Of a DNA stretch of 64,000 bases, positions 26,328 to 39,800 are shown one piece after another. The notes beneath the pieces are model-generated. The model worked only from the letters and a program-made list of their open reading frames with translations, had not been told where the DNA came from and did not search any database. Made by a program: the position numbers and the translations under genes. Origin of the DNA: Chrysomallon squamiferum (Eukaryota > Animalia > Mollusca); NCBI GenBank assembly GCA_012295275.1, contig CM022665.1, positions 33,418,001 through 33,482,000 of the forward strand. The letters are read 5' to 3'. Within the stretch, counting starts at the first letter, position 1, and each line of letters begins with the position of its first letter.

Positions 26328-29300
26328 ATACCCAAAAATTTCTGAGTCACTAAGTTTATGATAGGAGTCTCAGGTTTCTTGCAGCATGTGTATATGGTAC
26401 TTTTTATGGTACCAACAAACTTGAAAATGAGTGATTTAAAGGAATGTAAAGCCAAAATTATTGTTAAATGAATATACCTGCAGGAATCATTGCCAATGAT
26501 ATGGCTAGCAACGATTAGCCAAAAAACAATATAGACCTATTTCTGGCATCCAAATGTCTGTCTGAGCTGTTCGCCACCAGAGAATACTGAGGCTAGTCGG
26601 AAACAAACTAATGGAAAAGTTGAACTCAAACTGATTAAAACCTGAGATTGATCACAAATTATCACCCTTGACATTGCCAACATGTTTCCCCCCCACAAAA
26701 AAAATGAATGAAAAACTTCTTTTCTAAGGTTCCATAATAAACTTTTGCTTTGTTTAAAAAAAATAATAATAATTTATTGTGATATAACATTGCATGCTCC
26801 TTTGAACAAAAGTGTATCTGTGTTGATCCTGGGAAAACAGCAATTTTCAACAGATTCAGGCTTTGTGGGCAGCAGTGCAGTCCCAAAGCTAGTACCTACA
26901 TATATGCATTCATCTATATATATATATATATACATACAAAAGGGAAGTACAAAATGTTTGATGAAATTGTATTAATCGCTTTTTCACCAATTTCTTCATT
27001 TGCACATTTTGCACATGTATTTCATGCCTACAACAGATCATTTTACAATAAATACAGTTTGTGTAAATCAGTGTCACAGGTTCCAAATTTGATGATGGTG
27101 TGACATCAGTTGACTATTGAAGATCAAAAAAGGCTTCAGGAAGGCAGTACACAAAGAAATGTTGACTTGGACTTGGACTTTAATGTCTGATAAATAAATT
27201 CAGTTAGTTATTTTCCCTGCCATTGCCAGGTTGTTTGACCACCTATCCAACCATGTCATAGAAGGTGACTGGCAGCATGTCATGGCAGCCTGTTTAATGG
27301 TGCAGAGTACTGTTTACAGATAAATCCAGTTTAATCTGATATGAGATAAAAATTTATCAAATGCCATCATGACAGAGGTTGATTCACATGCTATAAAGCA
27401 AATGAGCTGTGTGTAAACTCCATGTTTGACCTCTTTAACTTTGGCAGGATGTGAAATGCCTAAAATCTTATCTTTATTAATGGTTTTCTGTAAATATGGA
27501 TCAGTAAATACAAATTCTGATGTAGTTTACATAATCAATCTAATTCACCTGGAAACTAAGTTGGTTTTTAGTATATTACTTTTGATTAGTGTGTGTGTGT
27601 GGCCATGTATGTATTCTCATAGAAAGTCTAGTCACTCCTAAATTTTGCTAAAATTAATTAAGCTTTTCTCTTGGTCCAGAAAACCAAAGGGCCCTATACA
27701 TTTTATCAGTACCAATCTTGTCACAAATAGAAGCTGTGTGTAAAAAGCAAACAGCATCAGAATATTATGCAGTGGGGAGTCAAAGCAATTCTTACCAGGG
27801 TTGTTTTGGCAGATTTTAAAATATTTATATTTAGATTAAAGTCTAATTGCTATTGAAGGAGAATTAATAAAGGTTATAAAATAATAGCTAATGAGAATCT
27901 TTCAGATTTACATGAGCCTTGCAGAGTATTTTTTTGTCATTCATGCCACTCATAGCAACACTTGGACTCACATGTAAAACTTTTGAATGGCCAGAAACCG
28001 AATTTGGTAAAAGAAACTTTTAATTTCTTAAAATGTCTTTTTTTTTCTTTTTTTTTTTTTTAACTTAAACTGCACTTAAAAAAACATGTTTATAATATAT
28101 AAACTATCAGAACAGCACAGAACTCATTTTAATTTGATCAAAAACAATTGTAATCAAATTATTATTATGTTGTCAGGGGACTAACCCAATCAGACATCTG
28201 GAATATTTTACCAAGGCTCGGTTTTGGAATGAATAAAGTGTTTTTAATCTTTTATGGCAGAGATGATGTTTACAACCAGTGACATGTTTACCATAACAGC
28301 ATTACATGTACACAACAATGTTCAACGGATGTAGAGAGCACATGTTAAAAGATGAACAACAACTCATTTGTTGACTGGTCACCTCTCGAGTTCAGTTAAT
28401 CTAAACTTTATATGCACAGGCAATGTCAGTTTTTTTGACATTACTTGCAGTGATGATTGAGTATTAGGTATAGTAGACTCAGTATATTCCATAATTACAG
28501 TATAATTTCAGGGCCTAAGATGGATATGGCCTAGGTATACCAATTGATCCTATGAATATGTTTACACTGCCAAAGTTTCCCAGATATTTTCAGACTGTTT
28601 GATAGACTGGGAAAGTGGTCGCTATTATATCCTATACTAATATGAACCAGTAGAAAACAATGAATTAAAAAGTAAGTTCCCAGTCTCTCACAAACATTGG
28701 TTGTTTGCATTTTGATACAATACATGGAAATATTCATTTATTAGGTGGGCAGCACATATTGGGTAGATAAGAAGACCTGTGTTTCAACATTTAATATGTC
28801 AGGTACACAATGTTTAATTTTTTTTTTGTCAAACTGGTCTTTCTATCAACTATTTTAAATCCATACGCACAACTGCAAAAACAAAATGAAAAAAAAAAAT
28901 AGAAAAAATATCCTGCTTTCAGAAGCAAGTTCCCAAAGTAAAATTTGTAATTTTGATATTCAGTTTTCAACTGAAAATAAGGAAACATGATTTAGAATGG
29001 GTGGGAAATACCATCACATGTCTGAAATGGTAATAAATTAGTAATGTAATATACATGACTAGAACTCCTCCCCTGCTATATTTCATTAATATGTGTGTGT
29101 GTGTGTGTGTGTGTGCAAAAAAAGTTCATGTAAATCTCTTGAGCCAAATGTTATACCAACAAGTATTTACCTAACTTCCAGACTTTGCAGCTCCACTTCC
29201 CTAGAACAGCCTACATACACACTGTGTAATATAACTGAGCACAGTAGAATGTGCACAATTTGTAAAATACAATAACTAAATAAATTATATAATTCACACA

Positions 29301-29772
29301 TACCTATGCCTGTCCATACAATTTATGACAGCTGGTAATTCTATGATACTATTTATTTATTTGATTTAATTATTTTTATCATATGACATCACTAATCATC
29401 TTAAAGTTAATAACACTAAACTTTATCATTACTGTATTTTTTAAATAACTAATTTTGCTGTAAAACGATTTTAATTTTTAATTTTTAAAAAATTATGTTA
29501 AACTTTCAACTGTGATTTATCTGTAGATGTGTTTCATTCTGATATTACTAATGAATGTAATTGTCCTCCAAAAAACTAACATCAGTGAACCATTTCAGAT
29601 GTGACTGTTGGTAATTTGGAGTCAGTAATCACTGCTTCTGAAATGCTAAAAATTACAACGTCACAAATAAATAACATTTTCACCACAGCTATTTTACTGA
29701 AAACTAATTTGATCAATATCAATTATGAAATATGAGCATTAGAAATTTTGAAATCATTCTTTACTGTTTGTT

Positions 29773-29832
<60 letters not shown>

Positions 29833-30526
29833 AAACTGACTTCTAGATGAAGATGTCATGCCATCACAATAAATTCAAGCACTGGAAAATTATAACCTAA
29901 TAAAATGGTTTGCTGTAAAACATGTAGTTATGATATGGTTACTTTATTTCCATATATTGGGATTTAAAAATATATAAACAACAAAACAAGTTGAATTCAT
30001 GTTGCATGGAATTTGTGGACTTTACACATATAATTGGTGTTCTGATTATTACTGTGATTCGGGTAATACTAAATAGTCTTATTGACATTCAAAATCACCT
30101 TTTGTTCATTAATTCCAACTGCCTAACATGAAATTTGTAAAGTCTGTTGTGTCTATGCACATGCAAGCAGATGCATGTACACATGCAGGCATGCACTCAA
30201 AATCAAAAGTATTTGAGACAATACAAATGTTATTACATATTGATAAAAGAATTCTTTTCTGACAGCACCATAAGAACTTTTAGAGCAATTCATTCTGCTC
30301 TGTAAATAAAGTCATCACAATTTCAGTAAAACTTTGGCACAAAGATATATTCAGATTATTCTTCTGTTATTATACTTCATTATTAAGACAGAATAATTTT
30401 TTTTTTATAACATGAAAATATTCAAATTATATTGAGAGTATTTCTTTGTATGACCAAATAAAATTAAAATCTGTATTTAAGGAACAACAATCACAGATTG
30501 TTTTTAACAGTTTATTTATTACTATT

Positions 30527-33500
30527 GAACCTTGAAAACAATTAACGTGCTAATCAGAGCAAGCTGTTGTGAAGCACATCTACGACAGGCACGCTTTCTG
30601 ACAGGTCATTGGGCATGTCCGTTGCAGAAAAGAGTTAGAGAGTAAGGAAAGAGAGTGGGTTCTCGTTATGATTGCAGGACACAAGGCAGTGTCCAGCATA
30701 TCAGATTGTAATGAATCAGTTGCGATGTTTCATTGATGTTTTCTGCTCCTTGTTGTTTCCAGCACTTGTCTTGCTCGCTGAATGTCTCGTATTTGTCACC
30801 GGGTCCACGTTGGTTGTGTGCTGTTTGTTCTGTTCTTGGCTGCTGTTGATGTTTCTGTGTTCTTTCTGGCTGCTTCCCTCTGGTCCAACAATTCCAAACT
30901 TTTTTTTTTTTTCCCCGATGGTCTTTTTATTGATTTAAAAGATGCTATAAACACCTGCAACTAAAACGAATAAGAACATGAATGTAGTTAACTTATTTAC
31001 ATTTATTATGTACTTTTTTTAAATTCCGATAACCAGGTTAGTATGGTCTGAAAGTAAGTACGTGTTTTTTTTTTTTTTTTTTTTTTATTAATTTAACTGG
31101 CTATTCAAACTGATCCGTCAATCAGCTGTTCAACAAATCAATCTGTAAGTCAATAAATTCATATAATTGTTGTTTGTTTTTGTGACAAAAATAAATAAAA
31201 TTCAAACTTTCAACTGCAAGAGTCTAAAGTTTGTGTTTTGTGTTCAGAATGTATGTTGTTACTGCAGCGAGGACTAACTCTCTGTTTTTCATGTTTGGTG
31301 CCAAGATGTTTTGGAGCGTGAACTCAATTATTAGTTCCTCCAATGTGTTGCGTAGAGCTTGTCTTTCCTTGGCGAAATTTTGACAGTAAAACAAGTAGTG
31401 TTTCATGGTTTTGGAGAGTCCACAGCTGCAGTTGGGTGATGTGGTGTTGTGATATTTGAATCGGATTGCATTTAAGTTGGTTGAGTAACCAGTTCTGGCT
31501 TTGTTGAGATTGTTGTTGTGTAGTTTGTTGGCGAGTGTGATTTTGAGTGTTTTTGTTAGTGCTTTGATGTTCAAGTGCCATTTGTTTTTGGTGTTGTTCC
31601 ATTCGTTTTGCCATTGTTTGTCGTAATGTTTGGCAGCGATGGAGACAATTTCGTTTCTTCCGTAGTGTATGTCTGTGCAAATGTCTTCGTCTTTGATGCT
31701 GAGTGACTCTTTGGTGTAGTGGTCGGTAAGTTCATTGTCGATGATGCTGACGTGTGCTGGGAGCCACTCGATGATTAGTTGTTTCTTGTTGATTTGTATG
31801 TCTTTGTGTAGGTGTTGTATTCTGCTGAGTAGGTCTGGTCTGCTGGAATGTCCAGATTGTATGGAGGTGAAGGAACTTAGGCTGTCCGAGAATATGACTG
31901 TGTGTTTGTTGTTGTTGTGTTTCACCCATAGTATGGCTCTGATGATGGCAACCAATTCGGCCGTGTATCCCGAAAGGTGATTTCTGATATGGCCGACTTG
32001 TATGCATGTTTGTTTGTGTGATCTTGGGCTATGAAGGCGAATCCTACTCTCCTGTTGTCTGGGTTTTTGGATCTGTCGGTGTAGATGTCCATGTGTTGTT
32101 TGTAGTGATTGTTTGCTGCTGCTAGAAATAAGGCTTTTTTGAAGTGTGGGAACTCTGGTTTGTCTGTTTCTGTTTTAATTAGGAAAGGTGTGTTTATTTT
32201 CCCAATTGTTGGTTTTGTTTCCTTCCGGCAGTGGCATTTCCCCTATTCCTGTTTCCCTCTCGATTTCGCTTGCTTTTGTCGGGAAATTCAATAGTAGTAG
32301 ACTATGTGATTTAAAGGGTTGCCCTGTTCTTTGTTGGTCGGGGACCAGATCTTTGACAGGGTGGTCTGTGCTCAGGGTGTGTATTTTCAGGTTGTATTTC
32401 AGTAGCTGCAGCTTTCTTCTCTATTTTAGTGGTTGGATGCTGTATTCTGACAGGAGGCTGTCGGATGGTGTTGTGTTTGGCAGGTGGCCGATCGCTCTGA
32501 GGGCGCTGGATTGAATTAAGTCTAGTTTTTTTAAAGAGTGTTCGGGAGCATTCGAGTAAGCCGTGGCTCCGTAGTCGAGCTTGGAGAGAATACACGCTTT
32601 GTATATCAAAATCAGCCTTGACTCGTTTGCTCCCCAACTGGTTCCGGAAATTAACTTTAGAAGATTGATTTTTTTTGCAGGATGCAATTATGTTGCGTAA
32701 TCGGCATCCGAAGTTGAGTTGACTGTCGAATGTCACCAAGAAATTTGAATGTTTTGGTTTGTGTTATGATGTTGTTGTCGATGTTTATTGTGATTTTGTT
32801 GTTGTCTGTTTTTTTGTTGAAAAGGAGGCATGTCATTATGGAAAGAGAAATCTTTCTACGTTGTTTAGGTCTTTTTTTATTTGTTTCTGTTTTGCTGTGG
32901 TTGATCTGCCTGCACGCCAAAAGGCTCAGTCGTCTGCAAAGAGTGCTGTGTTGATTGGTTCAGTTGGTGGATTTTTGGCGTCTTGTTTGCCGAGTGCTGT
33001 GACGATGTCGTTGACGTAAATGTTGAAGAGTGTTGGTGAGACCACAGATCCTTGTGGGATGCCGTAGTCGATTGTCATTTTCTTGGAGGTGTGACCGTTC
33101 ACTTTGGCTGCTATGGATCTGTTGTTGATGAAGTCTTTAATGAAGTTGAACATGTTGCCTTTGATGTTGTTGTTGATTAATTTGACGAGCAGTCCTTCCC
33201 TCCATACCATGTCGAATGCTTTTTCAATGTCTAGGAATACTGTGATGACTTTTTTCGATTTCCTAAAAGATTGGTTGATTCATGTTTGCAGACGGGTGAT
33301 CTGGTCGTTTGTGCTGTGTTTCTTCTTGAAGCCACTTTGCTATTTGCTGATTAAATTGTTGTCGTTTAGATGCTCGCTCAGGCGTGTGTTGATCACCGTT
33401 TCCAGTGTTTTGCACATGTGTGATGTCAGCATGATCGGTCTGTAGCTGTTGGGTAGTGAGTGATCTTTGAGTGGTTTGGGCAAGCTGAAACATTCGGCGT

Positions 33501-36500
33501 GTTTCCAGTTTGTTGGAATCTTGCCTGTGGTCCATATTGTGTTGTAAAGATCGAGTGTGATGAGTAGTGTTTCATCTGGTAGGTTTTGTAGTATTGTGTA
33601 GCTTATTTTATCTGGCCCCGTGGCTGTACTTTTCTTGCTTTTGAGGGCATGTTTTAATTCGCTGATGTTGAAGAGTTGACTGTATTTCATGTGTTCTGTG
33701 TCTGCGGAATGTTGGTTGATTGTTGGGTTGTCCAGTGGCTTCTTTGTGAATTTCAGTGGGAAGTTTGAGTTGCTGCTGGACTTGGTGAAAGTTTCGCTGA
33801 GTAGGTCTGCTTTTTGTTTGTTGGTGAATGCGATGTTGTTTTTGCCAAGAGTGTTGATTCTGTGTGGGTTTTTTTGCCTTGGATGTTTTTCACTTTGTCC
33901 CACATGTCTTTGACTGATGTTTTGTGGTCGATGTTGTTGCAGAAGAGTTCCCAGTGTTCTTGTTTTGCAGTGAAAATTAGGTTGGAAACTTCTTTTTTTG
34001 CTATTTTGTATTTTTTGTGTGTAGAATGATTTCTGTCTTTTTAGTATTGTCTTCTGAATTTGTTTCTTTCTTTGCATTTCTTTTCTATGCATTCTGTCCA
34101 CTAGGGAGTGGATATTTTGCCAGTGCATTGTCTGGTTTTGGGCATGAATCTGTTGGCAATCGAGTGTATCATGTTGGTGAGCAATGTGCAGTAGGTGTCA
34201 ATGTTGTTGGGGTTTTATGTGGGGATGTTTCTGCATGCTTTGTAGAAGCCTTCCCAGTCTGCTTTGTTGAAATTCCATTTGGATATGAAAATGGATCTGT
34301 CCGAGAAAGTGTTCTTGCTGTTGTAGTTGGTGAGTATTTGGTGATGGTCGCTGTTTAGTTGATCAAGCACTTGCCATTCGCAGAGCACTGTGATGTCCTT
34401 GCTTGTGAACATTAGATCAATGGCGGATTGGCCACCATTGATGTTGCTAGTGTATTTGAGTGTTCCATCATTCAGACAGACCAGCTGGTTTTGCTCTAAG
34501 AAATTTTTGAGGACGATTCCAGGACTGTTGTCTGTCGAGCCACCCCATAAAGTGTTGTGACAGTTGAAATCGTCCACTTTAATAAGCTTGTTATTTCTTG
34601 TTATCATTTTGTTTGTCGTGGGTTTGGATGGTGTGTAGTGCGGGAGTGGGTGGGCTGTACATGTTAATTATGTCGATGTTTTGATTGTTGTTGTGTACTG
34701 TGATGCTTAATATTTTAATGTTGGTGTGGACTTTGCCTTTGTTCAGCTTGGTGTGTGGAATGTCTTGTTTGACGAGTGTCATGATGCCTCCCCGGGTGCT
34801 GTTGTATCTGTTGATGTAGTGACTTTGATACCCGGGGACCTTAAAGGTTTTTGTTGTTTTGTTGTAGTGTCCTAGCCATGTTTCTTGTATGCATATCACG
34901 TCTGGTGTGTTTCAAGTGGAGGCCAGGAAGTGTACGAGTTTGTCTCCGTGGCCTGCTGAGTGGAGGCCTTTAGCGTTCCACTGAAGAGTGGAGAGGCCTG
35001 TGTTATTGTGTGCTTGTTGTGAAGAGTGTGTAAATGGTTGGTACTGTTTGGTGTTTTTTTGTTCACTGTTGTTTTGTGTTTGTGGGATTTCTCTTGTCTA
35101 TGTGTAATTTAAGTCTTTGTTGTCTGTGGGGTATCTTGAAGCCCAAGCTGTCTTCAATTATTTGAGCTACCGTGTACTCGAAATTGGAGTCGTCTGTGAT
35201 GTTTCCTTTGTTGCTTCTGATGTCCTGCAGTTTGATGTAAAATTTTGTTTTCTCTTCTGTTGTGTTTGAAATTGTTACTGGTTGTTATTTTGGATGGGCA
35301 CAGTGTGATGAGTGTGGACCCTGGCATGCACTTGGGTAACTGTGGCCTCATTTCTGTCAGTTGGTATCTGTATCCATCAATGGTGATGCTTGTGTTGGTT
35401 GGTTTGCTGCTAAACATCACTGTGGTCCAGTAGCTTGGATTTTTCCACATTTCCACATCGACTAGTTTAGCTTTTGTTTGTTGTAGTATTTCTTTGTTAA
35501 ACATCTCAAAGAAATCATGCTTGTCTGCATACGGATAGTAAAAACCAAAATCTTTGGAGATGTATTTGTGAATTGTTGTTTCTTTGTTTTTTGTTGTTTG
35601 TTTGGGTTGTTGTTGCTGTGTAATTAATGGGGTTTTTGGCTGCTGTTGTGTGAGCAGTGTTTTTCTGGGTTCTGGTATGGGTGTTTTTGATTGGTGGGTG
35701 TCAGGGATTATTTTTGGTAATACCCTGACAATAAATACTTCATCCCAGATAGTTATGCTGGGACCTATAGTTTTTAATGATTTTGAATCTATTTCAAAAT
35801 ATATGTCTTGAGCATTTTGGTTTTCATTTACTTTTGTTGTTTTGTCGATGATATTTATTTGTGCTTCTGACAGATATCGCAACATTTTTTGATATTTTGT
35901 GGATCACATCGGTAGCTCGGCTTTCAGTGTTTTTTTTCCCTTTTCATTGTTTCCCCAATGTTTTGATCGCTTTCGTTTTCGGTGTCAGTGTCACGTAGCC
36001 TTGCTAATATGTGTAGGTTTCGATTTATGGTTTTTTTTGTCTCCTGTTACATTTTTTTTTTCTTTGGAGTTAGGACTCCTGTCCCTTGGTCGTTTGGGAA
36101 CTCTGGGTTCCATATCTGAGTTATCAGATACGGTGCTGTTTGTTTTCATGTGGTTGTAGTGTAATTGTTTTTAGATAGTTCGATTCTAAATATATAGACA
36201 AGTCTATATTAATTTTAAAAAGTCTAAAGCTATTGTAACTTACTTTGAGACCAAGATAAAGATGAAAGGTATGTTTGTTATTTAAGATACTGGAAAGCAA
36301 AGAGAGAAAAAAAAAAATTAATAAGGGTAACAATAATACAAATAGCTACAAACAATACAAATAAGAATCTAAAAATAAATAAAGTAAGAGATACAGTATC
36401 TTTTGTTTCTGAATTCCACTCAGCAAAGCACAATCTGTATGTGAATATTCGTCACATCTCTTCCAAGCTTACACCATGTCGGGGTCAACCATCTTGACAG

Positions 36501-36508
36501 CGAGTCTG
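30527..36508 (-). mobile_element. Full-length I-group (I/Nimb-like) LINE: ORF1 + ORF2 (APE-RT-RNase H-CCHC), disrupted by frameshifts/stops
   Basis: 10-bp TSD TATTACTATT at 30517-30526 and 36509-36518. ORF1 relic ~36113-35154. APE (QWNAKG, CIQETWL, DFNCHNTLWG, SAIDL, SDH); RT (GPDKI, YRPIML, GIPQGSVVSPTLFNIY, LFADD, FKFLG); RNase H (IYTD, AELVAI, IFSDS, WLPAHV); C-terminal CSC..HYLFYC, stop at 31224. Confidence 0.93.
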
Positions 36509-36813
36509 TATTACTATTCCATGGCTAAGCACTTTATACTGAACTTGTCAAACCTCATTACATAACATTTTGTTAGCTTGTGATAATTTTTCAAGACTGG
36601 ACAAAACATGATCGTGTATTGTGAATATAATACAAATTGTGCATTATATCAACACAGAATTTTATAAGCTTTATATATATTGTCAGGGTATCAAGCAGTA
36701 ATAAAAAATATACTTTTCATAGACTGTTGCTCTTTAAAAATGTTTTTTTTAATTTATTACAGATATCAAATGGGAAAAGAAATTGACTGGGCAAAAAGTG
36801 CTAGGTTTGAAAT

Positions 36814-39800
36814 ATGAATGCTGATCATTCTTATGCTGGACCCAGTAGAAGAAACAGTTCAGATTATGAAAAATTTGATGCACGAGAGGAAATCTGTGAT
36901 ACTTACATTGCTGATTATGCCTTTGCAGATGAGGGTAAAGAAATGGCTGGAAAAACTTCAGTTTTGCAAAAAAGTGCTTTTAATTGTGGTAAATTAAAAA
37001 TTTATGTTAATGTGAAATTAGTTCTCCTATAACCCTTCTTGATTTTGAATATAGCAATACTGCATATAATCTGATAGCAGTATAAGACTTCTACGCAAAA
37101 TATAAATAATTTAATTACTTACTTTTTCTGTTGCATTTGTGTGCAATGATTTTTGCATCCAAGGACATTTAACCAGTCTTTATCTTGTTATTCATTTTAT
37201 TTTACTTTACTGAAAGAGAAACATCTTGTATTAATGTTAATGAATGTTTTTTGCATGTGCAAAAATCTTGTGGTTTCTTTTATTTAATATTAAATCATAA
37301 AAATTGAAATTGAAATTTTACATAAATTGTTGAGGAATTTAATAGTTATTATTTAATTTTTATTTATTTATTTATTTATTATTATTATTTTATTAATATC
37401 AACACTATATGTACCATATAGTACTCTTTGTGCCTAATATAGTTTTGAAATTACAAGTAGTAATATGCAAACTATTTTCAGAAGTAAATCAAAATAATGA
37501 AAAATAATCTTTTGTATGATGTTCTGCTTGACATTTTTTTATAAATGATTTCTTTTTATAATATTATGCAGTAAATAGAGTACAGAAGCAAAAATGCTAC
37601 TTTTCAAATGTAATTGTTTAACATTTAAAGTTGGATTGCTGTTGCCAGTGTTTGTCTTGATTTCCTATTTTCTAGAAACTTGATTGACTCACATACCTAG
37701 GATTATATTCATTAAATGTATATGCTATGTAGTAAGAATGTAGATGAATGTTTTATTCATGTTGTAATTTTGTTATTTTTTTCTGTCCACTGAAAATTTG
37801 AAATAATAACAATTTTACATCATCATTTGAAATCAAACATTTTGTTAAGATAGCCGGAAAATTTACTTTAAGGAGATTAATATTGATTTTTGTCTATTTC
37901 TGCAAGCATGTGTGTGTGTGTGTGTTATGTATATGTCTTACTTGTGTGCAGATGTTGGGTCTTTTCAAAAATTTCACTGCTTTTTATTACAATTATAATT
38001 TGCAGATGTGGTGTCTACTGAGCTAACTGAAACAAGATTGGATGAGGAAAATGGACCAAAAAAACAAGATTTAAAAATTTGTAGTTCTGTGGATAAAAGC
38101 AAGTCATCAGATAAATCAGACAGTAAAATGAATAACGAAGGGAAAATGGTAGAAGATATGACATCAGATATTTTTATGGGTGAAGACCATGCACTAACAG
38201 GTGATAAAAGTGCTAAAGAGAATGTGATAGATATAAACAAAGTTAAAGACTATGATGGTGATTTAAATGTGAAAAGTAATATTAATGACACAGGTGCTGA
38301 AGACACTTTAGATACAAAAGAAGACATGTTAGATTTTGCTTCTAAAAATAAGTTAGAAAAAGGCATTATTATACATAACAGAGATGAAAAAAATAATAAT
38401 GTTAATGAAAATAGTAGTCAATTAGGTTTAAAAACAAATGTCACAAATATGGAAACAAATGAAAGGAAAACTTCTAAAAAACTCTGTGAATACAGTGTGA
38501 ATGTAAATGCAGGCAGTATCTGCAAAAGATCCACTAAGGAAAATGTGTCAGCAGCACTTAGCGAAGACAAAATATTCTGTTCTGGTGACCATGAAACTGC
38601 TGAAAAATACAACAGTAATAATGAGATAATTTTGCTTAGTCCCATCACCATAGAAACTACAAAGTATGAAAGTGCTAGTGAATCAGAAAACAAATACATG
38701 GAGAACTGTTTTTCAGAGATGTCTTCTGAAAGAAACCATAATTGTCAATCAGATAAAAGATTAATAAACAAATTCCAAAAAGAAGATGATTGTAAAGAAT
38801 CTGATAATAAAAAGTCTGTTCTGGAAGATGGACACAAAACAATTGACAGTTCTACTACAAAGTCTATATTTACGTCTGATGTTGATAATATAAACAGCAT
38901 GACTACACGAAGAAAAAGAAGGGCATCCACTACTGAATTATTAATAGTTGAAGCAAAAGTGAAAAAAGCAAAAAAACATGCTAGTGAAAATGAACCCGCA
39001 CGAAACTCTAGAGGTAAGGAATGTTATCTTAAACTATATTTAATGACTGTTAAAAGTTATTTCAGTTGCCATAAATTTAACTAATACTTGTATTTAATTT
39101 TAAAAACAAGAATTTAGATAATACAGACGTATTTTATAATAACATCTTTATTGACTTTAAAAGTTTCATAAAATTATAATAGTGTTTCTACACTATTGCA
39201 TTTTATTTGAATAAGAGGAACATTTTTGATATCAGTTTTAGTACATTGAAAAGAAAAAAGTTACTTATTTAGAAAATCAAACTTCCTGTAAAGTAATGTA
39301 TTAAAATTCCTGTTTAGAAAGAAAGATGATTTTTACTTACTTTAAATTATTAAAATATCTTTAGGCAGTGTTAAAAATGCATATGTCTGAACATGATAAT
39401 CATGTCTTTTAATGACTTTCAGCTTTATCAAAGGAATTTCTAAATATACAACTTGCAAGAGGAAACCCCCCCAAAAAAACCCATAATTAAAACATAACTT
39501 GGTCTTTACTGGCATAATTCATGAAAGATTAAATTAAATGCATACATATGTATATGAAAATAAATACACTGCTTACACAGTGGTATGTACAGTTATGTTA
39601 TTTATGTTGTATTTGATGTTTTTGTTTTAGGTACATGCTCATCAGGTTCAAATGATATGGAATTACTTCTGGAACCTTTTAAGCATGGTGAGCATCTTCT
39701 GTTATTATATAAGGTGTTATAGTTTCACTGTTTAATGTATATTAAGGAAAATGTTAAATACAAACTTTTAATTTTAAAGTGTGTGTTTTTGTATATAATA

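Noticed and set aside
31224-31230. LINE 3' end directly at the ORF2 stop with GAGTCT as TSD
   Set aside because: Leaves no 3' UTR or tail; the longer 10-bp TSD at 30517/36509 fits better.
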